64,000 nt of DNA from Bacteroidota bacterium (GCA_031385005.1 JANNBB010000026.1:151478-215477); one strand, 5' to 3'; numbered from the stretch's first letter, positions 1-10,289 are shown. Made by a program: numbers and translations. Notes: generated by a model not told the origin, from the sequence alone.

Positions 1-138
1 TTTTCGTAAATTAAAGCCCTAAACAATAGATAAATATTCAATTGTAATAATAATCTGTTAATGAATTCGTAAAGTTCAGAATACAGATAGATTGTTAATT
101 GCAGCAATTATTAATTTCGTAAACTAAAAAAACGAATT

Positions 139-2619
139 TTGAAAAGAAACACAAGATTACGGCTAATCCTTTTTTTCTTTTTGTTCGGTTTCAGAATAGC
201 ATCCGCACAATATGCTATTGGGGATTACGGTTCACTTTCTTCCGGTAATTGGAATGGTACAATTTGGGGAACATGGAATGGTGCCGGATGGACAGCTGTT
301 GGTACATTTCCATCCTCATCAAAGAATACTTTTATTTTAGCCGGCACAACAGTAAATGTGCCAACCGGAGGTCCCTGGAGTTGTCAGGATCTAACAGTGG
401 AAGCAGGTTCCAAATTATGGACAACGAATAGTGGCACAAACGTATATATTTACGTCTATGGCTTCAATTTTATTTGCAATGGACAAATTGGAGATGGTGC
501 AAATTTCGATGGTATTTCTTTTGGAATTGAAGGAACCAATTGTACCATTAGCGGAAACGGACTTTTTGATTCATCGCGGATGCGAAAAAACCTAACAACT
601 CCTATTACCAATCTAATAATTAATATGAATATTAATTTACGATGGAATGCAGGTTCTGGAACTCAACTTTATAATGCTGCGAATAATACAAATTTCAATG
701 TTACTATCAATCCATTCTGTACTGTCAACTTAGTACCTAACGGTCCTAACATTGGTAATATTTGCATTGATGGATTAGATGGAACAGGAGTCGCCTTAGA
801 AGCAGGTGGAACCTACACAATAAATGGCACATTAATTATTTCCGGTAAACTTTACCTAACAACGAATAATACAAATACTGTATACGGTTGTAGTTGGATT
901 ATAAACGGGCTTGTACAAGCAACAGAAATTGTTGCATCAAACAGTGGATTTGGAGGGCACGGACTTTACATCAATTCCGGAGGAAAACTTGATATTACAG
1001 GAACAGCGGCCTTTAGTTCTTTAGGTGTAACCAACAATTCATATACATTTAACTTAGGAAGTACTGTTGAATATTCTGCCGCAGGAACACAAATCGTTCG
1101 AGTAAAATCAGAATTTGCAGCGGTTCCAACAGTAAGTCAGGAATATGGCAATCTGATTCTTTCCAACTCCGGATTGAAGTCTACCACACTTTCGGGATTA
1201 TATGTTAAAAATGATTTGACAATTTCCGGAGCAGCAGTTTTAGACCCGAATCCTACAGCATGTTTAATTTTTCTTGGTGGAAATTGGTTGAATTACAATG
1301 CAACAGGTTTTGCTGAGAAAACGACTACAGTTTATATTAATGGTGGAGGAATTCAGACTATAAGCTGTCCGGGAGGAGAAGTTTATAATATTTTAAGATA
1401 TCAGAAATCAAGTTCTTTTTTACAATTCAATAATCCCGTCGATGTGATAACTCAACTTGTATTTGCAAGTGCAGGTTATGTTGACCTTAATTCAAATGCG
1501 CTGACTGTAAGAAACTCATTAACTACAGGAATTGCGGGAGCATCCAATTCCCGATATATACTTTCAGAAAAAACAGACAACAGTTCTAAAATTATTTGGA
1601 GAATTAATACCGGTACCGGAACTTATACATTTCCGTTTGGTATTCCACCCGGACTGGCAGCCAACTATATTCCTGTTGTCGTTAGTAAAACAAGTGCAAC
1701 ATCCATTGGAGATCTTTCAATAGCTACTTATGGAACACCGCCTGACAATCTACCTTGGCCAACTACACCAACAAATGTAACTAACCTGAGAGCTTATTTC
1801 GGAATTTATAACGCACCTGACAACAGACATTGGACAGTAGATAGATATTGGGAAATCGGATCAACAAGTCCAACGCCTTTAAACTCTCTAACATTTAATT
1901 ATCGCACTTCGGAGTTGCCGGATCTGGATCCTACACCTACTAACCTAGCTGCTCAATTTTGGGCAGGAGCTTTCAGTGTGTGGAACCTGATTCAATACGG
2001 AACAGGGGTTGCCAATAACGTAACAGTACCAACTTTTTCTTTTTACAATACGTCATGGACACTGACAAGTTTGACTTCGCCACTTCCTATAGAATTACTC
2101 AGCTTTACTGCTTCACCTGACGACAATTCGGTTCGCTTAAACTGGGAAACTTCCGCTGAAATCAATAATGAATATTTTACCATTGAAAAAAGCACCGGTA
2201 ACGGTGAATTTTTCGAAATCGGTATATTGAACGGTGCAGGCAACAGCACTACCAAAAACGAATATAAGCTAATTGACAACCATCCTTTTTCAGGAATTAA
2301 TTATTACAGATTAAAGCAAACTGATTTCGATGGTAAATCAACTTACAGCGATGTTGTGGCCGTTGATTTCAAAAAAGGTTTGTCAAACTTTTCTGTTTTT
2401 CCAAATCCTGCATTTGAAAATGCTTTTCTGATCAATGAGAAAGAAAAAGAAGCCGAAGTATTTATCCGTACCGTTTCCGGAAAACTAGTAAATCATCTTG
2501 CTACAACCGGAAAAAACAAAACCACTACTCTATCCTTATCTGACCTGACGCAAGGGATATATATTTTAGAAATAAAATCGGAAAATGAAACACAATTTTT
2601 GCGATTAATAAAGCAATGA
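139..2619 (+). CDS. Secreted protein with canonical T9SS type-A C-terminal sorting domain (Por_Secre_tail-like), unknown function
   Basis: 826-aa ORF with an N-terminal signal peptide (MKRNTRLRLILFFFLFGFRIASAQ). The last ~75 aa (FSVFPNPA...GIYILEIKSENETQFLRLIKQ) match the type-A T9SS CTD pattern. A ~95-aa LPIELLSF...YYRLKQTDFDG..YSD module precedes it, at roughly 2083..2370. Confidence 0.8.
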   Translation: MKRNTRLRLILFFFLFGFRIASAQYAIGDYGSLSSGNWNGTIWGTWNGAGWTAVGTFPSSSKNTFILAGTTVNVPTGGPWSCQDLTVEAGSKLWTTNSGTNVYIYVYGFNFICNGQIGDGANFDGISFGIEGTNCTISGNGLFDSSRMRKNLTTPITNLIINMNINLRWNAGSGTQLYNAANNTNFNVTINPFCTVNLVPNGPNIGNICIDGLDGTGVALEAGGTYTINGTLIISGKLYLTTNNTNTVYGCSWIINGLVQATEIVASNSGFGGHGLYINSGGKLDITGTAAFSSLGVTNNSYTFNLGSTVEYSAAGTQIVRVKSEFAAVPTVSQEYGNLILSNSGLKSTTLSGLYVKNDLTISGAAVLDPNPTACLIFLGGNWLNYNATGFAEKTTTVYINGGGIQTISCPGGEVYNILRYQKSSSFLQFNNPVDVITQLVFASAGYVDLNSNALTVRNSLTTGIAGASNSRYILSEKTDNSSKIIWRINTGTGTYTFPFGIPPGLAANYIPVVVSKTSATSIGDLSIATYGTPPDNLPWPTTPTNVTNLRAYFGIYNAPDNRHWTVDRYWEIGSTSPTPLNSLTFNYRTSELPDLDPTPTNLAAQFWAGAFSVWNLIQYGTGVANNVTVPTFSFYNTSWTLTSLTSPLPIELLSFTASPDDNSVRLNWETSAEINNEYFTIEKSTGNGEFFEIGILNGAGNSTTKNEYKLIDNHPFSGINYYRLKQTDFDGKSTYSDVVAVDFKKGLSNFSVFPNPAFENAFLINEKEKEAEVFIRTVSGKLVNHLATTGKNKTTTLSLSDLTQGIYILEIKSENETQFLRLIKQ

Positions 2620-2654
2620 TCTGACAACTAAAAAAACTAACCTACCTAAATAAT

Positions 2655-5600
2655 ATGAAAACACACTTATTGTCACCCACCTATCGGGCTAAATTTTTCT
2701 TTGGAAAAATTGTGTTGGCTCTCTTGCTACTTTTGAATCAAGAAGTAAAATCTCAAATTGCTGCATGGGATTTAACAGGTCAAGCTAGTCCGGCAACTTT
2801 TGCGGCTACAACATTTAATGCCAATCTGATTTCATCCACAGGGGCAAACAATATAACGCGAGGTGGCGGAGCCGCTTCAAGCACAGGAAGTAATTCATTT
2901 AGGACCACAGGTTTTCAGAACAATGGAATTGCTGTAACTAACACAGATTATTTTCAAATTACCCTAACCGCTAATGCCGGTTTCAATCTTTCACTCTCCA
3001 CTATAGATGCGAAATTTGCCGGTACTGCAACTTTTGCGGCAAGTCCCGGAGTTTCCAGTCAGTTTGCATATTCATTGAACGGAACAACTTTCACTTTGAT
3101 TGGCAGTCCAGCAGTTACGATTGGAACACCTGCAACATTACCTCAAATAATTTTAACGAGCATTACTGCTTTACAAAACGTTCCGGCCGGAACAACAATA
3201 ACACTTCGTTATTATGCTAGTGGGCAAACAACAACAGGCGGTTGGGGATTTAATTCTCCTTCTGCCGGAGCAAATGGTCTTGCAATTGGTGGAGCCGTTA
3301 ACCCTGCTGGATCAATAGCAACATTAGCAAACATCACTCAACCATCAGGACCGATAACTCAAGGTACTAACGATGTTGTTCTAGCAGGTTTTACATTGGG
3401 TGTAGTCGGAGGCAGTGCAAACTTTTCGACTGTAACGGTATCAAGTACAGGAACAGCGACATCAGCAGATTTATCGAATGTTAGAATTTACAGAGACAAC
3501 GATGCTAACGGAGCAATTAACGGTTCAGATGCAGCGGTAACTGTTTCCGCTCAACCCTATTCCGGTGCTATGGCATTTTCAATTACAGGGGAAACAGGAA
3601 TTACGACAACAAGAAATTATCTGATTGTCGGCGATGTTGCAGGAGCAGGTTTTTCTACAGTCGGGAATACGACAACTTTAAGTATACAAGCAGGCGGATA
3701 TGCCACGACAGCGGCAACTAATTCAGGAAGCGCCACAGGAAATCTTCGTACAATTGCTGCAGCCAATACACCTACGATTACTTTAACAGGATCTGTTGCT
3801 GCTTTTACCGGATTTGTGGGATCTGCGACGTATACAAAAAACTACAGTGTGTCAGGAATAAACCTGACAACGGCTATTGTAATAGTCCCACCGGTGCCAT
3901 TTGAAATTTCTCTTGACAGTATCAGCTGGACAACGAGTTCAGGTAGTATCAATCTTAGTCCTGTTGCTAATACAGTATCGAACACAATCATTTACGTAAG
4001 ATATAATCCTGTAACAGCAGGGAGCACCAGCAGTAACATTACACATAACAGCACCGGTGCAACGGTTCAGAATATGCCGGTTACCGGAACTGCTGCAGCT
4101 TCACCCGGTCCACTCTTATACTCAATTACAGGATCAACCTCTTTTCAAAATTTCGATGGACTTCCATTATCCGGAGGAGTATTAAATACAACAGGATTTG
4201 GATCGGGACCCGTTTATGTTGGATTAGCTCCGGTGAATGCAACCGGTGGAACCGGCTGGCAATATGCCAGAATAAGCGGATCAACAACAGATGTAAAGTT
4301 TACCGTAGATGCCGGAACTGCAACAAGTGGTTCGGCAATGAGTTATGGCTTAGCGAGCAATTCAGACAGAGCTCTTGGAACCTTATCTTCAGGAGCCAAT
4401 ACAGACAGGATTGGACTTGTATTAAAAAATAGCACTACCGACGTACTGACAAGAGTAACCATTACTTACGTTGGTGAGCAATGGAGAAATGGAGGAAGTG
4501 GACTTCCAAACAGGCTTGAATTTTCTTACTCTTTGAACGGGACAAGTATTTCTAATGGAACCTATTCCAAAATACCCTCATTGGATTTTTCATCACCGGT
4601 TACAGGAAATCCGGCAGCGAGTTTAAATGGCAATATTTCCCCAAATAGAACAACTATTACACATTCATTTTCGCTGAATGGTAATTGGCTTCCGGGTCAA
4701 TTATTGATTATAAGATGGGATGATATAGATGAGCCGGGAAGTGAAGATGGCCTCTCTGTTGACAGTTTTGCATTTACTGCACAAATTCCTATTGCACCTG
4801 GAATTCAAGACAACAACATTTCATTCCCATCGACTACCACATCTTCAATGAAAGTAAAATGGGTGAATGGCGATGGTTCTAATCACTTGGTGGTAATAAG
4901 TAACTCTCCAGCTGCTATTACGGCTCCAACAAATGGTGGTAGCTATACAGCTAGCTCAATTTATTCAGGATCAGGCGAACAAAATGTTTACATAGGTTCA
5001 GGTGATTCTGTAATTGTTACCGGCCTTTCTCCCGGAACAATATATTATTTTCAAGTATTTGGATTTAATGGATCAGGGTCAGCGTCCGTATTTAATACCA
5101 GTACAGCAACATTGAATCCGAATAACAATTCAACTTCTCCTTTAGTAGCGCCTACAAAACTTGTTATTACATCCGTTAATGGAGGTGTGTTTCCATATGT
5201 AAACCAGCCATTCAGCGTTGTCGTTCAGGCACAGGATAATTCCGGCAATCCTCAGCCCGTAATAGCTACAACAAATTTTGATTTAAGTGTTCAAGTTGGG
5301 ATTGGTACCCTGGCATCAGGAGTGTTTTCGGGAAGTATTGCAATAGGAACAACAACTGCTACCCTAACAGGAGTAATTTATGATCAAGTGGATAATGGAG
5401 TTCAGTTGCAAGCAGATGTCACTTCCGGTGATCCATTAACTGCCCAATTAAGTAATCCTTTTAATGTTTTGGATGCTGCAACTGCACTGAGGTTTGATAC
5501 AATTCCTTCTTCCGGAATACAAAACGTTACCATTTCTCACATTGTTGCCACCGCTATTTTAAGTGATTTATTGACAAAAGATATCGGGTATACAGGAGCT

Positions 5601-8600
5601 ATAACTCTTGCTGTAAATACAGGTCCTGTCGGGGGCACAATTACAGGAACCACCATGAGAAACGCTATTGGAGGTTCTGCCACGTTTAACGACATTCAAT
5701 TTACTTTGCCGGGTACGTATACCATAACAGCTTCTGCTTCCGGATTAACTCCTGTCACTTCTTCAAATATCATCATTACAGCTTTGCCAACTATGACAGA
5801 ACTTGTAGTGCCAAGGTATATCGGCAGTAAATCAACAGCATCAGCAAATGAGTGCAGGACACCACTCGCTATTTGCATTAGGTTAGACAACCTTTTACCG
5901 ACTACTACCTACAACATGTCTCTGGCACTTGGCGATATAGCCGAAGCTAATACCGTTTTAGGTGCAGGAACAATATGGAATGATACATCTTTTGCCAGTG
6001 CAAGTAATTATGGAGCATTCACGACAAACCCAAGTGGAAGTTCAGGTCCGGTTTGGGTTTTCTTCCAACCATCTGGCAACACTACCAGATTTGCAGCAGG
6101 TCAGATTCATAATATCCGCATTGCTTATTCGACAGGAGCATTAACCAGTACACCGAATTTTGTGGGGACAAAAACAATAACAGCGTTGGATATTCCTACA
6201 ACAGACTACACACCGGGAGTAACAACAGATGATGGAGCATTCTTAAAAGGAAGTTCCGTATCGTGTATCGGTGGAAAATTTGTGTTGGTTTACGATAATG
6301 TAAACGGAACCGGAGATCCTCTCTTTGCATATCAGGCAAGACAAGCAACTGCTACGGGAACCAATAATGGACAATTGCCAACAGCCATATCCAATGTGTA
6401 TAATCAAAATGCATCATCTGTCATTGGAGATTATGTTGCAGTGATTCCAATTGGCGCCAACAATCCAAACGGTGTTCGAAGAATCGAAATCAGAAACAGT
6501 GGCAATTCAGTTGTGAATTTCGCTTCAGATGCCGATGGTATCTGGCCAAGTGGTGCAAATACTACTACTATAGCTAGACGTGGAGTTGCTTCTATTACCA
6601 ATACGGATGCTTTTTTCAATACAGTATCTGTTGCAGCAACTTCTACAAATGCCAATTGTTTCGGAGCCCTTAATGGAACACTTATTGCAACAGCATCATC
6701 TACCTTTACTCCTATAACTTACTTATGGACACCCGGAGGGGCAACAACTGCTAACGTAAATTCAGTAGGGGCAGCAACATATACTGTTGTTGCGACTGAT
6801 GCAAATGGTTGTTCTGCTTCTTCTTCAACTACAATTAGTCAGCCATCACAAATAATTACTTCAGGAGCTGTAACCAACACAGATTGTACTTCAAATATAG
6901 GTGCAATAGATCTTACGGTATCAGGTGGCAGCGGCGGATATTCTTATTCCTGGTCAAATGGTTCTACAATAGAGGACTTAAGTGGACTTGCCGGCGGAAG
7001 CTATTCGGTTACAGTTACAGATGCAGCTTTGTGTACGGCAACACAATCGTTTACGGTACTTACAATAAATACAACTTCCCCACTTACAATCACTGCTTCA
7101 CCTGCTGCAGTTTGCCCTGGCGGAACTTCTACCCTGAATGCAAGTGGAGCGGTAACTTATTCCTGGAGTCCTGCAACATACTTGAGTGGTACAAGTGGCG
7201 CTACTGTCACCTCTACTCCTTCTGCGCCAATTACCTATACCGTAACAGGTGTTGATGGTACCGGCTGTCAGAGTACAGGAACGATTTCTGTAGGAATTAA
7301 CACAGCACCGGTTATTAATGCCAGTGGGTCAACGACTATATGTTCAGGTCAATCGGTCACACTTTCTACAACCAGTGTCGGTACCTACTCATGGTCGAAT
7401 GGTGCAACAACACAATCTATTTCTGCCTCAAGTGCAGGTCAATATTCCGTAACTGTTGATTATGGAAGCGGATGTGTGTTAACTTCATCTGTCACAAACG
7501 TTGTTGTTAACAATTTCGTATTTACCGGAATATTATATTCTGAAAATATTGGTTCACCTGCCGCAACTACTGATGTTAATTCATATTTCGGTTGGCAGGC
7601 AACATCACCTGTTACTTATTTGAGCACCTCTACACTCAATCAGGCCGATGTAAGAACTACGACTGCATCTTCCGGTTATACGGGTGCAAGCGCCGGCGGA
7701 AATGTCTTCTTTGGAGTTTCCGGTGGAAATAGTAAAAACCTATTTATTTCAGGAATCAACACACAAGGATTTTCAACGAATACTCTAACATTCGGTTTGT
7801 TAAGGACAACCATAACAGCAGATCTGACTCTTGAAATAAGCACTGATGGAATAACTTTTACTCCATTAACTTATACTGCACCTCCAACTCAAAATGTTTG
7901 GGCACTTTGTACTGTGGGAGGAATACCACAGGCAAGTAATCTTAGAATAAAATTCTCTAAAAACAACAGTACTTCTTTCCGTTTAGATGATATAAAATTG
8001 ACCGGAACAACAACAACTGTTGATATTGCCGCAAGTGGTCCACTAATAAACTGTGGCGGAACAGGAATTACACTTACTTCCAATATTCCATCGGGAAATG
8101 TCTGGTCTTATAATTCTTCAACTGCTAAGTCATTATCTATTTCTGCACTCGGGCCTTTTTCGACTACTGTTACCGCAACCGGCTCTAATGGTTGTACGTT
8201 AACATCGGCAGTAATTTCCGGACAAATTAATCCGAGCCCAAGTGTTGCCATTACTTCTACGACAAACGTTGCTTGTTTTGGAGAATTAAACGGAAGCGCA
8301 ACAGCATCTGCCTCCGGCGGAACAGGAACATTGGGATATTCCTGGAATACAAGTCCTGTACAAACAACTCCTTCAATTACGAATCTAGCAGCAGGAACTT
8401 ATATTGTGACTGCTACTGATGTTAATGGTTGCACAGGAACTAATTCGGCAATTATTTCACAACCATCACAAATTTCAATTACAGTGGGAGTTAGTGATAC
8501 AGTATTATGCGAAGGACAATCGATTCTATTAAGCTCCTCAGGATCTAACTCGAAAGCATTTACCGCTTTAAATTCAACTCCGGTCAATATACCTGATAGT

Positions 8601-10289
8601 GGAATTACAGGAGTAACACCTGTTTCATCATCCGTAACGGTTTCCGGTCTGAATATTACAGGGCTTACAGCAGGGCAGATTGCCAATGTGAAAATCAACA
8701 GCATCACACATACCTATACAGGAGATCTTGTAATTAGATTGATTGCACCAGATGGAAGATATTTAACACTTGCTGCAAGAAGAGGATTGGGTGCTAATTT
8801 TGTGAATACTTTATTCACACCTTCAGCAACGACATTAATTTCTGCCGGCTCGTCGCCATTTACAGCAACATATGTTCCTGACACTGCAGTAGCTGCCGCA
8901 GCTGCTTTCAGTGTATTCGATGGTGTTAATCCAAATGGAACATGGTCATTACAAGTTTTTGATAGTGCATCTGTAGATATTGGTACTATCGATAGTTGGA
9001 GTATTACATTCTTGAACCCTCTATCCTATTCATGGACTTCTACTCCGGCGGGATTCAGCTCATCCGTTCAAAGCCCGGGTACAGTTACTCCTTCAACTCT
9101 TGGATTAGGAAACGTAACATATACAGCAACTGCAACAAATTCCTTTAATGGATGTTCGGCAAGCAATTCATTTACTGTTACTGTTAACCCGCTTCCAACA
9201 CCTACCATTACCGGAAATCTTAGTTTCTGCGCAGGAAACAGCACGACACTTGGGACCACATCAAGTTACAGTGGTTACATCTGGACAGGCGGATCTAGTG
9301 CTTCAACACTAACAGTTAATACAGGTGGAACATATGCCGTTACTGTTACCGATGTCAACGGTTGTTCCGGAACTCAATCTGTCGTTGTTACAGAAAATCC
9401 AAATCCGGTTCCAACTATTTCAGCAACGACTACACCTGCTCAAACCGGAAACCCAATTACTATTTGTTCCGGCGAATCAGCTATTTTGAATACCGATCAA
9501 ACATTTGACACCTACAGTTGGAATGATGGAATAAGTATAATTAGCACGAATCAAAATGTTACTGTTACGCCTACTGCAAATACAATCTATACCCTAACAG
9601 TAAGCAACAACGGATGTTCCGGCTCTGCAACATTCGAAATCGATGTAGTTACTTGTGGAGGAAACGTAACATTGAATGCAACGATGTATTTAGAAGGATA
9701 CTATGCTGCCAGCAATACAGGATTAATGGATAACTATGGGACAGGTGGATGTTTGTTTGTAAATTCAATATCCCTGAATTCAAATGATGTTGACACTGTT
9801 GAAATCAGTATGATGGATGCCGCTACTTATGCATTAGTTGATGCTCAAAAAGGTATTCTACAAGTTAATGGTTCCGTTAGTGTTACATTCAGCCCATTGG
9901 TAACTGCCGGAACAGCATATTATATCAGAGTAAAACACAAAAATGCTGTACAAACCTGGAGTGCAAGTCCGGTAATGACGAGTGCGACAACTACATATGA
10001 TTTCTCAACAGCAGTTACACAAGCTTATGGAAATAATATGGTTCAGACTCAGGATCTCTTGCATTGGGCATTCTATAGTGGCGACTTATCTGATGCTGGA
10101 TCTGCTACAATAGGAATTCAAGATGAAGTAATCGAATCACAAGATTATTCAGACATGGAAAATGCTATATTTATTACATTAGGTGGATATACTTTCGAAG
10201 ATATCACCGGTGATGGTGTAGTTGAATCGCTGGATTATTCTATATTGGAAAACAATGTGTTCTTTACTATCCAATCCCTGCATCCATAA
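2655..10289 (+). CDS. Giant (2544 aa) SprB-like cell-surface adhesin/repeat protein
   Basis: Uninterrupted 7.6-kb ORF with a signal peptide. It has multiple SprB-type repeats (C.G..G.I...GG.G.YSYSW.....L.AG.Y.V.V.D..GC), Ig-like modules, an internal proprotein-convertase P-domain, and a non-canonical C-terminal module shared with two other proteins in the window. Confidence 0.85.
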   Translation: MKTHLLSPTYRAKFFFGKIVLALLLLLNQEVKSQIAAWDLTGQASPATFAATTFNANLISSTGANNITRGGGAASSTGSNSFRTTGFQNNGIAVTNTDYFQITLTANAGFNLSLSTIDAKFAGTATFAASPGVSSQFAYSLNGTTFTLIGSPAVTIGTPATLPQIILTSITALQNVPAGTTITLRYYASGQTTTGGWGFNSPSAGANGLAIGGAVNPAGSIATLANITQPSGPITQGTNDVVLAGFTLGVVGGSANFSTVTVSSTGTATSADLSNVRIYRDNDANGAINGSDAAVTVSAQPYSGAMAFSITGETGITTTRNYLIVGDVAGAGFSTVGNTTTLSIQAGGYATTAATNSGSATGNLRTIAAANTPTITLTGSVAAFTGFVGSATYTKNYSVSGINLTTAIVIVPPVPFEISLDSISWTTSSGSINLSPVANTVSNTIIYVRYNPVTAGSTSSNITHNSTGATVQNMPVTGTAAASPGPLLYSITGSTSFQNFDGLPLSGGVLNTTGFGSGPVYVGLAPVNATGGTGWQYARISGSTTDVKFTVDAGTATSGSAMSYGLASNSDRALGTLSSGANTDRIGLVLKNSTTDVLTRVTITYVGEQWRNGGSGLPNRLEFSYSLNGTSISNGTYSKIPSLDFSSPVTGNPAASLNGNISPNRTTITHSFSLNGNWLPGQLLIIRWDDIDEPGSEDGLSVDSFAFTAQIPIAPGIQDNNISFPSTTTSSMKVKWVNGDGSNHLVVISNSPAAITAPTNGGSYTASSIYSGSGEQNVYIGSGDSVIVTGLSPGTIYYFQVFGFNGSGSASVFNTSTATLNPNNNSTSPLVAPTKLVITSVNGGVFPYVNQPFSVVVQAQDNSGNPQPVIATTNFDLSVQVGIGTLASGVFSGSIAIGTTTATLTGVIYDQVDNGVQLQADVTSGDPLTAQLSNPFNVLDAATALRFDTIPSSGIQNVTISHIVATAILSDLLTKDIGYTGAITLAVNTGPVGGTITGTTMRNAIGGSATFNDIQFTLPGTYTITASASGLTPVTSSNIIITALPTMTELVVPRYIGSKSTASANECRTPLAICIRLDNLLPTTTYNMSLALGDIAEANTVLGAGTIWNDTSFASASNYGAFTTNPSGSSGPVWVFFQPSGNTTRFAAGQIHNIRIAYSTGALTSTPNFVGTKTITALDIPTTDYTPGVTTDDGAFLKGSSVSCIGGKFVLVYDNVNGTGDPLFAYQARQATATGTNNGQLPTAISNVYNQNASSVIGDYVAVIPIGANNPNGVRRIEIRNSGNSVVNFASDADGIWPSGANTTTIARRGVASITNTDAFFNTVSVAATSTNANCFGALNGTLIATASSTFTPITYLWTPGGATTANVNSVGAATYTVVATDANGCSASSSTTISQPSQIITSGAVTNTDCTSNIGAIDLTVSGGSGGYSYSWSNGSTIEDLSGLAGGSYSVTVTDAALCTATQSFTVLTINTTSPLTITASPAAVCPGGTSTLNASGAVTYSWSPATYLSGTSGATVTSTPSAPITYTVTGVDGTGCQSTGTISVGINTAPVINASGSTTICSGQSVTLSTTSVGTYSWSNGATTQSISASSAGQYSVTVDYGSGCVLTSSVTNVVVNNFVFTGILYSENIGSPAATTDVNSYFGWQATSPVTYLSTSTLNQADVRTTTASSGYTGASAGGNVFFGVSGGNSKNLFISGINTQGFSTNTLTFGLLRTTITADLTLEISTDGITFTPLTYTAPPTQNVWALCTVGGIPQASNLRIKFSKNNSTSFRLDDIKLTGTTTTVDIAASGPLINCGGTGITLTSNIPSGNVWSYNSSTAKSLSISALGPFSTTVTATGSNGCTLTSAVISGQINPSPSVAITSTTNVACFGELNGSATASASGGTGTLGYSWNTSPVQTTPSITNLAAGTYIVTATDVNGCTGTNSAIISQPSQISITVGVSDTVLCEGQSILLSSSGSNSKAFTALNSTPVNIPDSGITGVTPVSSSVTVSGLNITGLTAGQIANVKINSITHTYTGDLVIRLIAPDGRYLTLAARRGLGANFVNTLFTPSATTLISAGSSPFTATYVPDTAVAAAAAFSVFDGVNPNGTWSLQVFDSASVDIGTIDSWSITFLNPLSYSWTSTPAGFSSSVQSPGTVTPSTLGLGNVTYTATATNSFNGCSASNSFTVTVNPLPTPTITGNLSFCAGNSTTLGTTSSYSGYIWTGGSSASTLTVNTGGTYAVTVTDVNGCSGTQSVVVTENPNPVPTISATTTPAQTGNPITICSGESAILNTDQTFDTYSWNDGISIISTNQNVTVTPTANTIYTLTVSNNGCSGSATFEIDVVTCGGNVTLNATMYLEGYYAASNTGLMDNYGTGGCLFVNSISLNSNDVDTVEISMMDAATYALVDAQKGILQVNGSVSVTFSPLVTAGTAYYIRVKHKNAVQTWSASPVMTSATTTYDFSTAVTQAYGNNMVQTQDLLHWAFYSGDLSDAGSATIGIQDEVIESQDYSDMENAIFITLGGYTFEDITGDGVVESLDYSILENNVFFTIQSLHP
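8590..9012 (+). other. Proprotein-convertase P-domain-like segment inside the giant adhesin
   Basis: Translation GDLVIRLIAPDGRYLTLAARRGLGANFVNTLF...NPNGTWSLQVFDSASVDIGTIDSWSITF matches the P-domain pattern (D....L..PDG....L....G.....F......G.W.L.V.D....D.G.L..W.L.F). No S8 catalytic motifs (HGT, GTSMA) were seen upstream in the protein. Coordinates are approximate. Confidence 0.55.
9660..10286 (+). other. Shared non-canonical C-terminal module (copy 1): beta-rich region plus two dockerin-like calcium-binding repeats
   Basis: The last ~208 aa (NVTLNATMYLEGYY...IQDEVIESQDYSDMENAIF...EDITGDGVVESLDYSILENNVFFTIQSLHP) are paralogous to the C-termini of ORFs 37395..52529 and 35595..37166. The region contains D-x-x-x-D-G-x-V-E-S-x-D-Y-S dockerin-like loops. 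Confidence 0.6.

Noticed and set aside
9660-10286. Interpreting the giants' C-terminal module as a T9SS type-B (CHU_C/SprB-type) CTD
   Set aside because: It lacks the PN.F(T/S)PNGDG.ND and ...NRWG... signatures I associate with type-B CTDs. It is also ~200 aa rather than ~90. It is kept as an open question in the findings rather than called.
2655-10289. Subtilisin (S8) catalytic domain accompanying the P-domain in the 2544-aa protein
   Set aside because: I could not find the D-T/S-G, HGTH or GTSMAxP catalytic motifs anywhere in the translation. The P-domain appears to be stand-alone.
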